From contig OY729426.1 in assembly GCA_963422365.1 (NCBI GenBank), positions 1,856,001-1,920,000 on the forward strand: a stretch of DNA of 64,000 bases. The letters are read 5' to 3'. This DNA comes from Nitrospirales bacterium (GTDB lineage Bacteria > Nitrospirota > Nitrospiria > Nitrospirales > UBA8639). The notes below the pieces were generated by a model. The model worked only from the letters and a program-made list of their open reading frames with translations. It had not been told where the DNA came from and ran no database searches. Both the position numbers and the translations under genes were made by a program. Shown here piece by piece: positions 1 through 9,233 of this stretch (positions are counted from its first letter, which is position 1; each line of letters opens with the position of its first letter).

Positions 1-1
1 T

Positions 2-544
2 GGAGTCGCCAAGCGTTCATCCAAAACTCCTCAGGCGAAATCGTCTTCGCCTTCCAAAAGCCAAATGATAAAATTTGCCTCGCGTTCGGTAAAAGTAAGA
101 GTCACTGAGGACACGGCCGTGAAAAAAAAGCCCCTAGCCAAAACTCCCAAGCAGTTGCCCTCTTCGCGATCGGTGTCATTACGGAAGATTATGCTGGAAA
201 AACGAGTCAAGCTCATGAAGGAAATTCAAAGCCAACTAGGCCAATCATTGACGGAAGAGCAGCAACGGCGGTTTGAATCGGCCATGGACAGTGGAGACCA
301 AGCCTTGTTGGATTTAGAACGTGAAATGGGCATTTCTCTTCAAGAAAAACGCAATCGAGAACGGCAGATGATTGATGAAGCGTTGGTGAGTTTAGAAGAA
401 GGGACCTATGGTATCTGCGTTGAGTGTGAGACTGAAATTAGCGAAAAACGACTGGCGGTTATGCCGTCTGCGAGACTCTGTGTCGAATGCCAGGAAAAAA
501 TCGAGTTGTTTGAGAAAATTGAACGAGGAGAGCACCGGATCTAA
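2..544 (+). CDS. TraR/DksA C4-type zinc-finger transcriptional regulator (probably 5'-truncated by window edge)
   Basis: GTYGICVEC...ARLCVECQ zinc finger and coiled coil with DSGDQA; the frame is open from nt 2, so the Lys/Ser-rich N-terminus likely starts upstream of the window. Confidence 0.88.
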   Translation, partial: GVAKRSSKTPQAKSSSPSKSQMIKFASRSVKVRVTEDTAVKKKPLAKTPKQLPSSRSVSLRKIMLEKRVKLMKEIQSQLGQSLTEEQQRRFESAMDSGDQALLDLEREMGISLQEKRNRERQMIDEALVSLEEGTYGICVECETEISEKRLAVMPSARLCVECQEKIELFEKIERGEHRI

Positions 545-693
545 CCTTGACCAGTGACTTGTCATGGCCTATGCCCACCGCCTTCTTTTTACTCTTCTGT
601 TGACCCTATTTTTATCTAAAATCGTTTCCCTGGATAACCTCGCCTCGTGTTGAAAAATTCTGTTGACCCCATGAAAAGTTCATTCGAGGCACG

Positions 694-1389
694 ATGAAAG
701 CTGTAGTGTTGGCCAGTGGAGGGCTTGATTCGACCGTGACGGCCGCAATGGCTCGTGACGAGGGGTACGCCCTGTATTTGCTTACGGTTCGGTATGGACA
801 GCGCCATTACGCTGAAATTCAAAAGGCACAAGAGATTGCGGCATGGCTAGGGGCGATCGAGCATAAAATTCTTCAAGTGGATCTACACGAATTTGGTGGT
901 TCGGCTTTAGTCGGCTCAGGAGCCATTCCGAAAAGTCGGTCGGACCAAGAACGGCAGACAGGCATTCCATCCACATATGTTCCAGCACGAAATATAATAT
1001 TTTTGGCCTTGGCCTTGGCCTATGCCGAGGTCGTCGCGGCTTCTTGTATTTTCATCGGGGCCAATGTCGTAGATTATTCCGGATACCCGGATTGTCGCCC
1101 TGAATTTTTGCGTGCATTTGAATACATGGCTCAGCTCGGCACGAAAACGGGAATTGATGGCAAGACGGTTCGGATTCAAGCGCCGCTCCTTCTTTTGAGT
1201 AAAACCCACATCATTCAACAAGGATGGACCTTGGGGGTTCCCTTTGAGTTGACCCACAGTTGTTATGATCCTCAGGCGGCTGGCTTGGCCTGTGGGCAAT
1301 GTGATAGTTGCGTGATTCGGCTACAAGGTTTTCAAGATGCCGGCTTCCAAGATCCCGTGCCTTATGCGGCAAGAGCCTCGGGTCCATAA
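694..1389 (+). CDS. queC: 7-cyano-7-deazaguanine synthase
   Basis: SGGLDS PP-loop, TYVPARN, YPDCR, CGQCDSC. Confidence 0.97.
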   Translation: MKAVVLASGGLDSTVTAAMARDEGYALYLLTVRYGQRHYAEIQKAQEIAAWLGAIEHKILQVDLHEFGGSALVGSGAIPKSRSDQERQTGIPSTYVPARNIIFLALALAYAEVVAASCIFIGANVVDYSGYPDCRPEFLRAFEYMAQLGTKTGIDGKTVRIQAPLLLLSKTHIIQQGWTLGVPFELTHSCYDPQAAGLACGQCDSCVIRLQGFQDAGFQDPVPYAARASGP

Positions 1390-1457
1390 CCGTCGACTTG
1401 TGTCATAGCAGATTGATGCCAGAACGTGCTCAGCATGCCATGATCAGACGTTTCAAG

Positions 1458-1895
1458 ATGAAACCGCTGACAAAATTCGTGTGGCTCGGCACGGCTGCGT
1501 TGATGGGTTTTGTTAGTTGCTCTGATGGACAAGGGGAATCGAGTTCAAACCATGCCTCTCATGGCAACGTCGTGCAGGAAACGACTGCGCCTCGGGCTTC
1601 TTCGCAGCCGGTTCCGGAGGAATATCAAGCAGGGGAAGAACGGTTCAACGGCCTCTGTGCGCGCTGTCATGGTATGGCAGGTAGAGGGACGAACATGGGG
1701 CCACCATTGGCACATAAGATTTATGAGCCCTCCCATCATGCCGACTTTGCGTTCATGCGAGCGGCCATGCAAGGCGTCCGAGCTCACCACTGGAAGTTTG
1801 GAAATATGCCAAAAATCGCCGAGGCCACATCTGATGATGTCACCAAGATCATCCTCTATGTACGGTGGTTGCAACGTCAGGCGGGAATTTATTGA
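1458..1895 (+). CDS. Monoheme c-type cytochrome, probable lipoprotein
   Basis: CARCH heme motif, GPPL, HHWKFGNMP axial-Met region; signal peptide ending FVSC; start trimmed to ATG 1458. Confidence 0.85.
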   Translation: MKPLTKFVWLGTAALMGFVSCSDGQGESSSNHASHGNVVQETTAPRASSQPVPEEYQAGEERFNGLCARCHGMAGRGTNMGPPLAHKIYEPSHHADFAFMRAAMQGVRAHHWKFGNMPKIAEATSDDVTKIILYVRWLQRQAGIY

Positions 1896-1927
1896 AATCA
1901 AGGCGGGTTCCGGTTCCGTAAAGGCGA

Positions 1928-2170
1928 TTATTCATGAAGCGTGTAGACCAAGTGGGTGTCGGTTTGGGCCACTCCTTCAATGGCATGGATTCTGGTGAGG
2001 ACCAATTGAGTCAACGCTTTCTGGCTTGCCACTTCCACTTTGGTGAAAATATCGGGCTTTCCCCAACAGGCGTCAATGGTTTTAATCTCCTCGATTTCCG
2101 CCAATAAATTTTTCACATTTGCAGTTTGTCCGGGTAGCACATTGATAAGGACATAAGCATTTTCTGGCAT
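1928..2170 (-). CDS. Lrp/AsnC ligand-binding-domain (stand-alone RAM) protein
   Basis: AYVLINV..G...WGKPDI..IHAIEGV..TDT pattern; AGGGAG RBS before ATG 2170. Confidence 0.85.
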   Translation of the reverse strand: MPENAYVLINVLPGQTANVKNLLAEIEEIKTIDACWGKPDIFTKVEVASQKALTQLVLTRIHAIEGVAQTDTHLVYTLHE

Positions 2171-2575
2171 CTGGCAGACTCCCTTTTTCAAAATCCTACG
2201 CTTCAAAATCGTACAGCAACCAACAGGAGAGCAGGCTAACGCAATAAGTGCCTCCAAATCAAGGAACGATCCTTTACGTGTTTGAGCATGTGAAGATGAT
2301 CGTCGAGTTCCTCTTGTTTTTCAGTTTTTCTTGTGTAAGGCTTTTTCGAGAGCACTTAACGAGTTCCTCAATGTTTGGATTAAAAACCTTCTTGAAGCTG
2401 GGTGGTTCTCTATGTGTCATTTCTGTCAATGTTCACTCCTTCGCTGACAGACTGGGTGCGTTATGCAGGAGGATTCTTGCCGTCGTCCTAAGAAAAGGCA
2501 GTTGTAACTGTTTTTGATATACTCTTATACATTACATCTATCATTTATCCATTTCATTTGTTTTGGCAATTGACG

Positions 2576-3745
2576 ATGCGTATTCCCCCGCTTCAACGAC
2601 GAGTGACGAACCGGTTGCGTGAAATGCGGATTGCCCTTGGTCTGTCCCAAGGAAAGTTGGCGCAGAGTGCAGGCATTACACGACAAGCGTTGTATGCCAT
2701 GGAAAAGGATCAATATCTTCCGGGTACGGAAGTGGCGTTGCAACTTGCTCATACGTTGGGAACTTCGGTTGAAGATCTGTTTGCTTTGAATGACAGCCGA
2801 GAAATTCTTGAGGCGGAATTACTGGCAGATCATTCTAGAGTGTTGAAATCTACCAGAGTCAAGTTAGCCTTGGTAGGGAATCGTCTGGTGGCTAAGCCCG
2901 TGCTGGAATTAGGAGATGTCCTGAATTATACGGTTCCTGCGGATGGATTGATTCTAGGGACACTGTCTCAGGAAAGACATCAAGCAGGCTCTGGGCGTTC
3001 AGTCTATGTGCAACTCCTGAAAAGTCAGAAGGATGTGGAAAGGCAAATCGTCGTAGCGGGGTGTGATCCCGCCATTTATTTAGTGGGAGAGCATGTTCGT
3101 CAGCAAGGGGGGAACGTGCCGGTCGTCGGGTGGACCATGGCAAGTCTTGCGGCCTTGCACGCATTAAAACAGGGAAACGTCCACATCGCCGGGATTCATA
3201 TGAGAGATCCCCTGTCCGGAGAGTATAACCTTCCATTTTTGAAAAGGTATTTAAGAGGTCAAGACGTGACCGTGGTCAGGTTTGCTGCCTGGCAGGAGGG
3301 TTTATTGTTAAGGGTGGAGGATTCTCAAAAAATCCATGGCCCTGAAGATTTATCCAGTCCGGATGTACGGATAGTCAATCGAGAGAAAGGGGCAGGAGCT
3401 CGATTGCTGTTAGATCATTTACTTGCTCGTCATCGTATTTCGAGCCAAATCGTGAAGGGATACAGAACAATTGCTTCTTCGCAGCTTGGCCTTGGGCGAT
3501 ATATTTCTGAAGGGAAGGCGGACGTCGGCATCGGAGCACAGGCTGTGGCCCAATTATACGATCTTGATTTTATTCCACTGCAAGAAGAGCGGTATGACTT
3601 GGTCATTCCTACGGCGTATGTGCACTCACATCCTGGCATGAAAGTATTTTTGGACACCTTGGCGACGCGTCGATTCCAGCAAGAAATTGACGCGTTGGGA
3701 GGATATGATACAAAAGAGAGCGGGAAAATAATCGAAGAAAAGTAG
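2576..3745 (+). CDS. XRE-family HTH plus periplasmic-binding-like (PBP) molybdate-sensing regulator
   Basis: N-terminal NRLREMR..LSQGKLAQSAGITRQALYAME HTH; C-terminal VNREKGAGAR..EERYDLV PBP-like domain; adjacent to modABC. Confidence 0.85.
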   Translation: MRIPPLQRRVTNRLREMRIALGLSQGKLAQSAGITRQALYAMEKDQYLPGTEVALQLAHTLGTSVEDLFALNDSREILEAELLADHSRVLKSTRVKLALVGNRLVAKPVLELGDVLNYTVPADGLILGTLSQERHQAGSGRSVYVQLLKSQKDVERQIVVAGCDPAIYLVGEHVRQQGGNVPVVGWTMASLAALHALKQGNVHIAGIHMRDPLSGEYNLPFLKRYLRGQDVTVVRFAAWQEGLLLRVEDSQKIHGPEDLSSPDVRIVNREKGAGARLLLDHLLARHRISSQIVKGYRTIASSQLGLGRYISEGKADVGIGAQAVAQLYDLDFIPLQEERYDLVIPTAYVHSHPGMKVFLDTLATRRFQQEIDALGGYDTKESGKIIEEK

Positions 3746-3990
3746 TTTTTCAAGCCTTACCTCTTGAACTCCAGTGCCAATTTTAGCATGAGACGAAGTC
3801 GGTCCTCCCCTGCCTTGCCCTACCCCTTTGGCAGTCATCTGCCTCCTTCTGCCATGCTGTGTCCCGCCTGACAAGGATCTCCCTTTCGGTATATCGCAGG
3901 GTCTCCCAATCTGGTTGTCCTGCAAGCGTGATCGTCTTTGGCCTTAAGCCGGACGCAGAATGTTTCGTCATTTTAAAAAGTAAAATATTA

Positions 3991-4020
3991 TTGACATTTA
4001 AGAAAATTAAATATTACTAT
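3991..4020 (+). promoter_or_regulatory. Sigma70-type promoter of the mod operon
   Basis: TTGACA (3991-3996) N18 TACTAT (4015-4020) in AT-rich context. Confidence 0.65.
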
Positions 4021-4074
4021 CGTTGTTTCCAAATGAAGGTTGTCAATTGCTTGATAGAAACGGATTCATTAGTG

Positions 4075-4435
4075 ATGTGGAAAGGCGGAAAGAACGGAGT
4101 CTGGGATCTTTTATGGCTTGGGAGTTTTGCCTTGATCGCTTGGGTGGCACCGGATTGGCCTACGGTTCCACGGATGTTTTCGCTAAACAGGGCTTCACTC
4201 ATGCGTTGCTTGAAGGGGTATCAAAGCTGCCAGCGCTAGAACTTGCCGATGCCATGCTCATTCGATCGAAGGCATGGAAATGGAATCGCTACCTGAAGGA
4301 CGCCTGTATCTCCCTGATTGGCTTGACGTCGGGCTTGAACACCGAACACGTCTTGAAATGTATGATCATCCATGGCGATCCAGCTAAGCGTTAGGACAAA
4401 TGGACTCTCAGATTTCCAAAAGTTCGCTTGTAAGG
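4075..4435 (+). pseudogene. 5' remnant of an alginate-export (AlgE-like) outer-membrane porin
   Basis: Read across two frameshifts: signal peptide MWK...LLWLGSFALIAWV / GTGLAYGSTDV...WKWNRYLKDA / LYLPDWLDVGLEHRTRLEMYDHPWRSS*ALGQMDSQ; the rest of the gene is absent; family assignment from recalled motif. Confidence 0.65.
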
Positions 4436-4455
4436 CACGTATCAGTGTACCTGTC

Positions 4456-5217
4456 GTGATCGTCAAAACGCATAGTTTTCTGCTGCTGCTTTTTTTTACG
4501 ATCTGTTCGGCTACGAGTACTGCTGAAGAGGTGCGTATTGCGGTTGCAGCTAATTTTTTGTCGACACTCAATGAGATCGTTACCAACTTTGAGCGGGACA
4601 CGGGCCACACGGCCGTTATCAGTTCGGGGTCGAGCGGAAAGCTCTATGCACAGATCAAACATGGTGCCCCATTCGACGTATTCTTTTCCGCCGATGTCAT
4701 GCGTCCGAGGTTGATGGAACAGGAAGGACTTGCGGTTCAAGGGAGTCGGTTTACGTATGCGGTGGGACGACTGACGTTATGGAGCCCTGATCCCACCATG
4801 ATCAAAAGCAATGGAACATCCATGCTGTTGAATCGCAACGTGGAGCACGTGGCGATTGCAAACCCCAAGACCGCACCGTATGGCGCCGCTGCACAAGAAG
4901 CATTGCAAGCACTGGGACTTTGGGGGCCAATCCAGGATCGGATAGTCCGAGGAGAAAATATCGGTCAAACCTTCCACTTTGTTTTCTCGAAAAATGCCCA
5001 ACTGGGGTTTGTCGCCCTTTCGCAAGTTTTGAGTCCCAACATCAATGGGGCGGGGAGTCGATGGGATGTGCCGACGCATTTGTATGCCCCGCTCCGGCAG
5101 CAAGCCGTTTTGCTGAGCAATGGTCAACAGAACGAAGTTGCAAACACGTTCTTAGACTATGTTAAAGGGGCAACGTCCCGGACCGTCATTGAACGGTTTG
5201 GCTATGGCTTGGAATGA
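4456..5217 (+). CDS. modA: Molybdate ABC transporter substrate-binding protein
   Basis: IAVAANF, GSSGKLYAQI, GAPFDVFFSAD, ANPKTAPYG; start uncertain (GTG 4456; the ORF extends to 4372 into the pseudogene). Confidence 0.95.
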   Translation: MIVKTHSFLLLLFFTICSATSTAEEVRIAVAANFLSTLNEIVTNFERDTGHTAVISSGSSGKLYAQIKHGAPFDVFFSADVMRPRLMEQEGLAVQGSRFTYAVGRLTLWSPDPTMIKSNGTSMLLNRNVEHVAIANPKTAPYGAAAQEALQALGLWGPIQDRIVRGENIGQTFHFVFSKNAQLGFVALSQVLSPNINGAGSRWDVPTHLYAPLRQQAVLLSNGQQNEVANTFLDYVKGATSRTVIERFGYGLE

Positions 5218-5238
5218 TCGAAGCCGGAGAGGAGCCGG

Positions 5239-5922
5239 ATGAGCGTGCAGGAAATGGATTGGGGACCGTTATGGTTGACTCTGCAACTGGCAGGGGTGAC
5301 CGTTGCCGTGTTGTTGCTGGTCGGCACCCCCTTGGCGTGGTGGTTGGCTTTTACACGCTCGCGTTTCAGGACGCTGGTAGAGGCGATCGTGGCGCTTCCT
5401 CTTGTTCTCCCGCCAACTGTGCTTGGGTTTTATCTGTTGGTTGCACTTGGGCCACATGGACTGATTGGCAGCCCATGGAAGGAATTTACTGGATCAGCAC
5501 TCTCGTTTACCTTTACAGGGTTGGTCATCGCCTCGATGTTCTATTCGCTTCCTTTTGTGGTTCAACCCCTGCATGGGGCTTTCGAGGCTGTCGGCAAAAA
5601 GCCACTGGAAGCGGCATGGTCGCTGGGAGCCTCAAAGCTGGATGCCTTTTTTACTGTGGCGTCGCCCATGGCGATTCGAGGCTATTTGAGCGCGATCGTA
5701 TTAGGCTTTGCCCATACGCTTGGCGAATTCGGTGTTGTGCTGATGGTGGGAGGCAATATTCCAGGCGTAACCAAAGTGCTCTCCATTGCGATCTATGATC
5801 ATGTCGAGGTGCTTGAATATACCCAGGCTCATTTTCTTTCGGCCGTTCTCCTAGTCTTTAGCTTTCTCATTCTTACGATCGTGTATACGGTCAATCGGCA
5901 GGTGCCTCTTCACGTCTCATGA
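5239..5922 (+). CDS. modB: Molybdate ABC transporter permease
   Basis: LPLVLPPTVLGFYLL, EAAWSLGAS, FAHTLGEFG. Confidence 0.97.
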   Translation: MSVQEMDWGPLWLTLQLAGVTVAVLLLVGTPLAWWLAFTRSRFRTLVEAIVALPLVLPPTVLGFYLLVALGPHGLIGSPWKEFTGSALSFTFTGLVIASMFYSLPFVVQPLHGAFEAVGKKPLEAAWSLGASKLDAFFTVASPMAIRGYLSAIVLGFAHTLGEFGVVLMVGGNIPGVTKVLSIAIYDHVEVLEYTQAHFLSAVLLVFSFLILTIVYTVNRQVPLHVS

Positions 5923-7001
5923 GTCGACTCGAGGCACGATTCCACATTGACTATCCCGGGTTTCGTTTTGACGTTGCTTGCACGGTGCCGCTTGAAGGGA
6001 CAGTTGCGGTGTTTGGATCGTCAGGGAGCGGCAAGACGACATTGTTGCGGTGTATAGCCGGTCTCACTCGTGCCTCTTCGGGGTTCCTCAAATTCGACCA
6101 GGCAATTTGGCAAGACGGCGCCCACAAGATTTTTCTCCCGGTCGAACGACGACACGTGGGGGTTGTCTTTCAAGAGGGCAGACTTTTTCCACATCTCAGT
6201 GTGATACAAAATCTCAAATATGGAATGAAGCGCAGTCCCCCATCTCAGCGACGCATTGAATTTGATCATGTCAGAGAGCTATTGGAACTTGAGCCGCTTT
6301 TTCAGCGTCGGGTGCATCACTTATCTGGTGGTGAGCAGCAACGTGTGGCAATAGGGCGAGCGTTGTTAACCAGTCCGCAACTCCTGCTGATGGATGAACC
6401 CTTAGCCTCTCTTGACCAACAACAAAAGAAAGAAATCGTTCCATTCCTTCAGAGGCTGAATCAGGAATTGAGAATCCCGATCCTGTACGTGAGCCACGAT
6501 CTTAACGAAATTTTGCAACTGGCCAACCACATGGTCTTATTGAAAGAAGGTAGGGTTGTGGCCACCGGGCCGATTCAGGAAGTTTTTGCTCGGTTGGATC
6601 TGCAGGGGTTGATCGAATCGAACATGGTGGGGGCCATTCTTGAAACCCGAATTGCTGAGCATGAACCGCAATTCGGGTTAACGCAGGTCGAATTTTTCGG
6701 ACAATCACTCTTTCTCCCTCAACAGGCTCTTCCCATCGGTGCGCCCTTGAGAGTGCAAATTCTTTCACGCGATGTGAGCCTAGTGGTTGGCTCACGTCCT
6801 GCGACAAGTAGCGTGCTGAATACCCTAGAGGCTACGATTGTCGAGATTAGCGAGTCTCCGAGTGATCAGTATGCCGTCGAAGTGAAGCTTGACGTGGGGT
6901 GTCCCCTCTTAGCCATGATTACGAAAAAATCTTTTCATCAACTTCAGTTGCGACCTGGCCAAAAGGTCCATGCTTCCTTCAAAGCCGTGGCATTGAGCTA
7001 G
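5919..7001 (+). CDS. modC: Molybdate ABC transporter ATP-binding protein
   Basis: GSSGSGKT, LSGGEQQR, LLMDEP, C-terminal TOBE domain. Confidence 0.97.
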   Translation: MSRLEARFHIDYPGFRFDVACTVPLEGTVAVFGSSGSGKTTLLRCIAGLTRASSGFLKFDQAIWQDGAHKIFLPVERRHVGVVFQEGRLFPHLSVIQNLKYGMKRSPPSQRRIEFDHVRELLELEPLFQRRVHHLSGGEQQRVAIGRALLTSPQLLLMDEPLASLDQQQKKEIVPFLQRLNQELRIPILYVSHDLNEILQLANHMVLLKEGRVVATGPIQEVFARLDLQGLIESNMVGAILETRIAEHEPQFGLTQVEFFGQSLFLPQQALPIGAPLRVQILSRDVSLVVGSRPATSSVLNTLEATIVEISESPSDQYAVEVKLDVGCPLLAMITKKSFHQLQLRPGQKVHASFKAVALS

Positions 7002-7047
7002 CCCACCCCTTTGGGATGAAAATCGACAGAGATCGGCTCATGGATGG

Positions 7048-7419
7048 TTAGTTTTTCTTTTTCGTTACGCACTGCGTTCCATCAAAGATGGTGCAGGTTG
7101 AATCACCGCTTGTCAACTTCCATGACTTGATGATCGGTGGATTGGGTTTTCCCTGAAATTCAACGACGACATCGATCATTCCGCCGACGGGTAGCGCTGA
7201 AAGATGCGGCATCGCAGCCTCGCTGGCCTTGAGCCAAAGAATACCGCTCCCGCTGCTAATCAAGAGAAATCCTTTATCGGGGACGACACGAATCACCGGG
7301 CTATAAAAGCTTCCTTCTTTCCCGGGTTCATCAGTAAAAGCCAAACTAAGTGGAGTCACTGACATAAAAAGAAAGACAAGCAATGGAAGCATGTATGTAA
7401 ACGGACGGTATGAAAACAT
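7048..7419 (-). CDS. Exported hypothetical protein
   Basis: AAGGAGG RBS before ATG 7419, hydrophobic signal peptide, two C-terminal Cys. Confidence 0.7.
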   Translation of the reverse strand: MFSYRPFTYMLPLLVFLFMSVTPLSLAFTDEPGKEGSFYSPVIRVVPDKGFLLISSGSGILWLKASEAAMPHLSALPVGGMIDVVVEFQGKPNPPIIKSWKLTSGDSTCTIFDGTQCVTKKKN

Positions 7420-7511
7420 GACGAACCTCCTTGCGAGAGGGGGAGAATAACCTTTTTGCATTATGGCAACTTAGGGGAGGGATGTCTAGAACAGTGCGGC
7501 ACAAAGTGATC

Positions 7512-8018
7512 TTATCGGCGTTTGACGGGAACTTCGGTGGCTGTTGAATCTTGGATCCGATAGGCGCGAATCACGGGAGTTGTTTGATCTTGGAGAGAGA
7601 TAATGACGTGTACAGGTTCGGGAATATTGAGTTTTTCCCGGTAACTTTCGAATTCCATGGCAATGGTAATATCAGTGCTGGATGGACGAGCTGGACTGAA
7701 GGTGTGGGAATGGTAAAAGGCTGTAAGCGTGATGCCTTTCTGACGAATATCTTTTTGCGCTTGTGACATTTCCTGTGCATCCATTTGGAAGGCGATATCG
7801 GCCCGTTCTTCCGGAGAAAGCTGTTTGAGATCAGAAAGCTTTGCCTGATCGAAGCGGGTAAGCTCGGCCTCACTCATCTTGGCTAAAATGTTCGTAATCC
7901 GATAGTGCTCGTTAATGGTGTTGTCGTGACCGGCTAAAATGCCACAGCATTCATGAGGATCTAAGTCTCGCGCGTGCTCGATCATGTTGTCCCAGATGTC
8001 CGAAGGAATGATCAGCAT
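7512..8018 (-). CDS. JAB/Mov34/MPN (M67, Mec-like) metallopeptidase
   Basis: PHECCGILAG ... YHSHTFSPARPSSTD JAMM motif; start trimmed to ATG 8018. Confidence 0.92.
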   Translation of the reverse strand: MLIIPSDIWDNMIEHARDLDPHECCGILAGHDNTINEHYRITNILAKMSEAELTRFDQAKLSDLKQLSPEERADIAFQMDAQEMSQAQKDIRQKGITLTAFYHSHTFSPARPSSTDITIAMEFESYREKLNIPEPVHVIISLQDQTTPVIRAYRIQDSTATEVPVKRR

Positions 8019-8035
8019 GGTGTTACAAAAACCGG

Positions 8036-8176
8036 TTAGTGGCGTTCTTGTCGTTCGAAGGCCTGGACGTCCTGCTTCGTATGCTTCAACTTTTTCACTG
8101 TCTGCGGTCTTGCCAGCCAAGACTTTTTGAATGTCCTGGTCAGGCTGGGGATCGCGAATGGCTGAGGAACATCCAT
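8036..8176 (-). CDS. Small basic hypothetical protein (46 aa), below the ORF-track size cut-off
   Basis: MDVPQPFAIPSLTRTFKKSWLARPQTVKKLKHTKQDVQAFERQERH*; starts 1 nt after the E1 stop and ends 17 nt before the JAB start. Confidence 0.55.
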   Translation of the reverse strand: MDVPQPFAIPSLTRTFKKSWLARPQTVKKLKHTKQDVQAFERQERH

Positions 8177-8177
8177 G

Positions 8178-8981
8178 TTATGAGATGCTGCACGAGACGA
8201 GATGTTCTTCCAGCGCGGTGATCGTTGGGTTGGCGCTGCAGAGCGGGCAGTGAGGGTCTTTGGGGCGACCGACGGTGCGGAATTTCATTTCCAACGCATC
8301 GTAGATCAGTAAGCGGTCTGCGAGGGTGTCGCCTATCTTCAAGATTTCCTTGATGGCTTCATTGGCCTGTAAAATGCCGATGGTGCCCGCGAGGACCCCT
8401 AACACCCCTGCTTCTTGGCAATTGGGGACCAAACCGGCAGGAGGAGGTTCTGGGTAGAGACAGCGATAGCAGGGATATCCTTCATGTGGTTTGATCGTTG
8501 CAATTTGCCCCTCAAAGCGAAAGATGCTTCCTGAGATCAAGGGTTTTTTTGCAAAGAAGCAGGCATCGTTCACCAAAAACCTGGTGCCAAAGTTGTCTGA
8601 GCCGTCGAGCACCAGATCGTAATCTGGTAACAAAGTCATAATATTTTCGGCACGAATATGTTCTTGATACGTCTTGACGTGGACATCAGGATTCAACACC
8701 TCTAAAAGTCGACGTCCGGACTTGACCTTCGGCACTCCCACATGGGGCGTGGTGTGAAGAACCTGCCGTTGTAAATTCGATAGATCGACCACGTCGCCGT
8801 CAATCAATCCAATCGTGCCGATTCCCGCCGCTCCCAGATACAAAGCGATCGGGCAGCCTAGACCTCCAGCGCCAACGATAAGGACTTTGGCGTGGCTTAA
8901 CTTTTGTTGACCTTTTCCACCAACTTCCTCAAGGATCATTTGCCGGCTATATCGTTCGATTTGTTCTTCAGTAAAATTCAT
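8178..8981 (-). CDS. moeB: ThiF/MoeB/HesA E1-like adenylyltransferase (copy 2)
   Basis: GAGGLG, SNLQRQ, CYRC, PNCQEAG, CPLC; no rhodanese domain. Confidence 0.93.
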   Translation of the reverse strand: MNFTEEQIERYSRQMILEEVGGKGQQKLSHAKVLIVGAGGLGCPIALYLGAAGIGTIGLIDGDVVDLSNLQRQVLHTTPHVGVPKVKSGRRLLEVLNPDVHVKTYQEHIRAENIMTLLPDYDLVLDGSDNFGTRFLVNDACFFAKKPLISGSIFRFEGQIATIKPHEGYPCYRCLYPEPPPAGLVPNCQEAGVLGVLAGTIGILQANEAIKEILKIGDTLADRLLIYDALEMKFRTVGRPKDPHCPLCSANPTITALEEHLVSCSIS

Positions 8982-8993
8982 TCTTGCGAGCCT

Positions 8994-9233
8994 CTATTCC
9001 ACCACGTTGAGTTCAATGGGATCGACGAGCACTCCTTGATTGCGTAACCCCTCAATGGCGCGTTCGATTTCTTCAGTTTCGCCTGAAAATTCGATGTCCA
9101 TCCAGCCGGTGGTTGCGCGCACGTCGGCTCGGCGGATGCTGGTGACAACCTGGTAGTCATGCCCAATTTGATAAATGACGGGTTCGGGAATTTTTTCTTC
9201 AGGGAATCGAATGTGAAATCGTAGTTTAGCCAT
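8994..9233 (-). CDS. Stand-alone NIL-domain protein
   Basis: EPVIYQIG..VVTSIRRADV..GWMDIEFSGE..IERAIEGL..GV pattern; start overlaps the upstream stop. Confidence 0.85.
   Translation of the reverse strand: MAKLRFHIRFPEEKIPEPVIYQIGHDYQVVTSIRRADVRATTGWMDIEFSGETEEIERAIEGLRNQGVLVDPIELNVVE

Noticed and set aside
2248..2517. ORF 2248-2517 (+) and a short minus-strand ORF after an AAGGAG RBS near 2420
   Set aside because: No recognisable motifs; the minus ORF is only about 32 codons and may be a remnant, which cannot be supported
4020..4370. Possible Moco riboswitch or ModE box upstream of modA
   Set aside because: No recognisable Moco motif or TATAT-N7-TATAT box; the stretch reads as a decayed protein-coding gene
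8019..8120. N-terminal extension of the JAB peptidase
   Set aside because: Family homology begins at MLIIP (8018); the region is better explained by the 46-aa ORF in another frame
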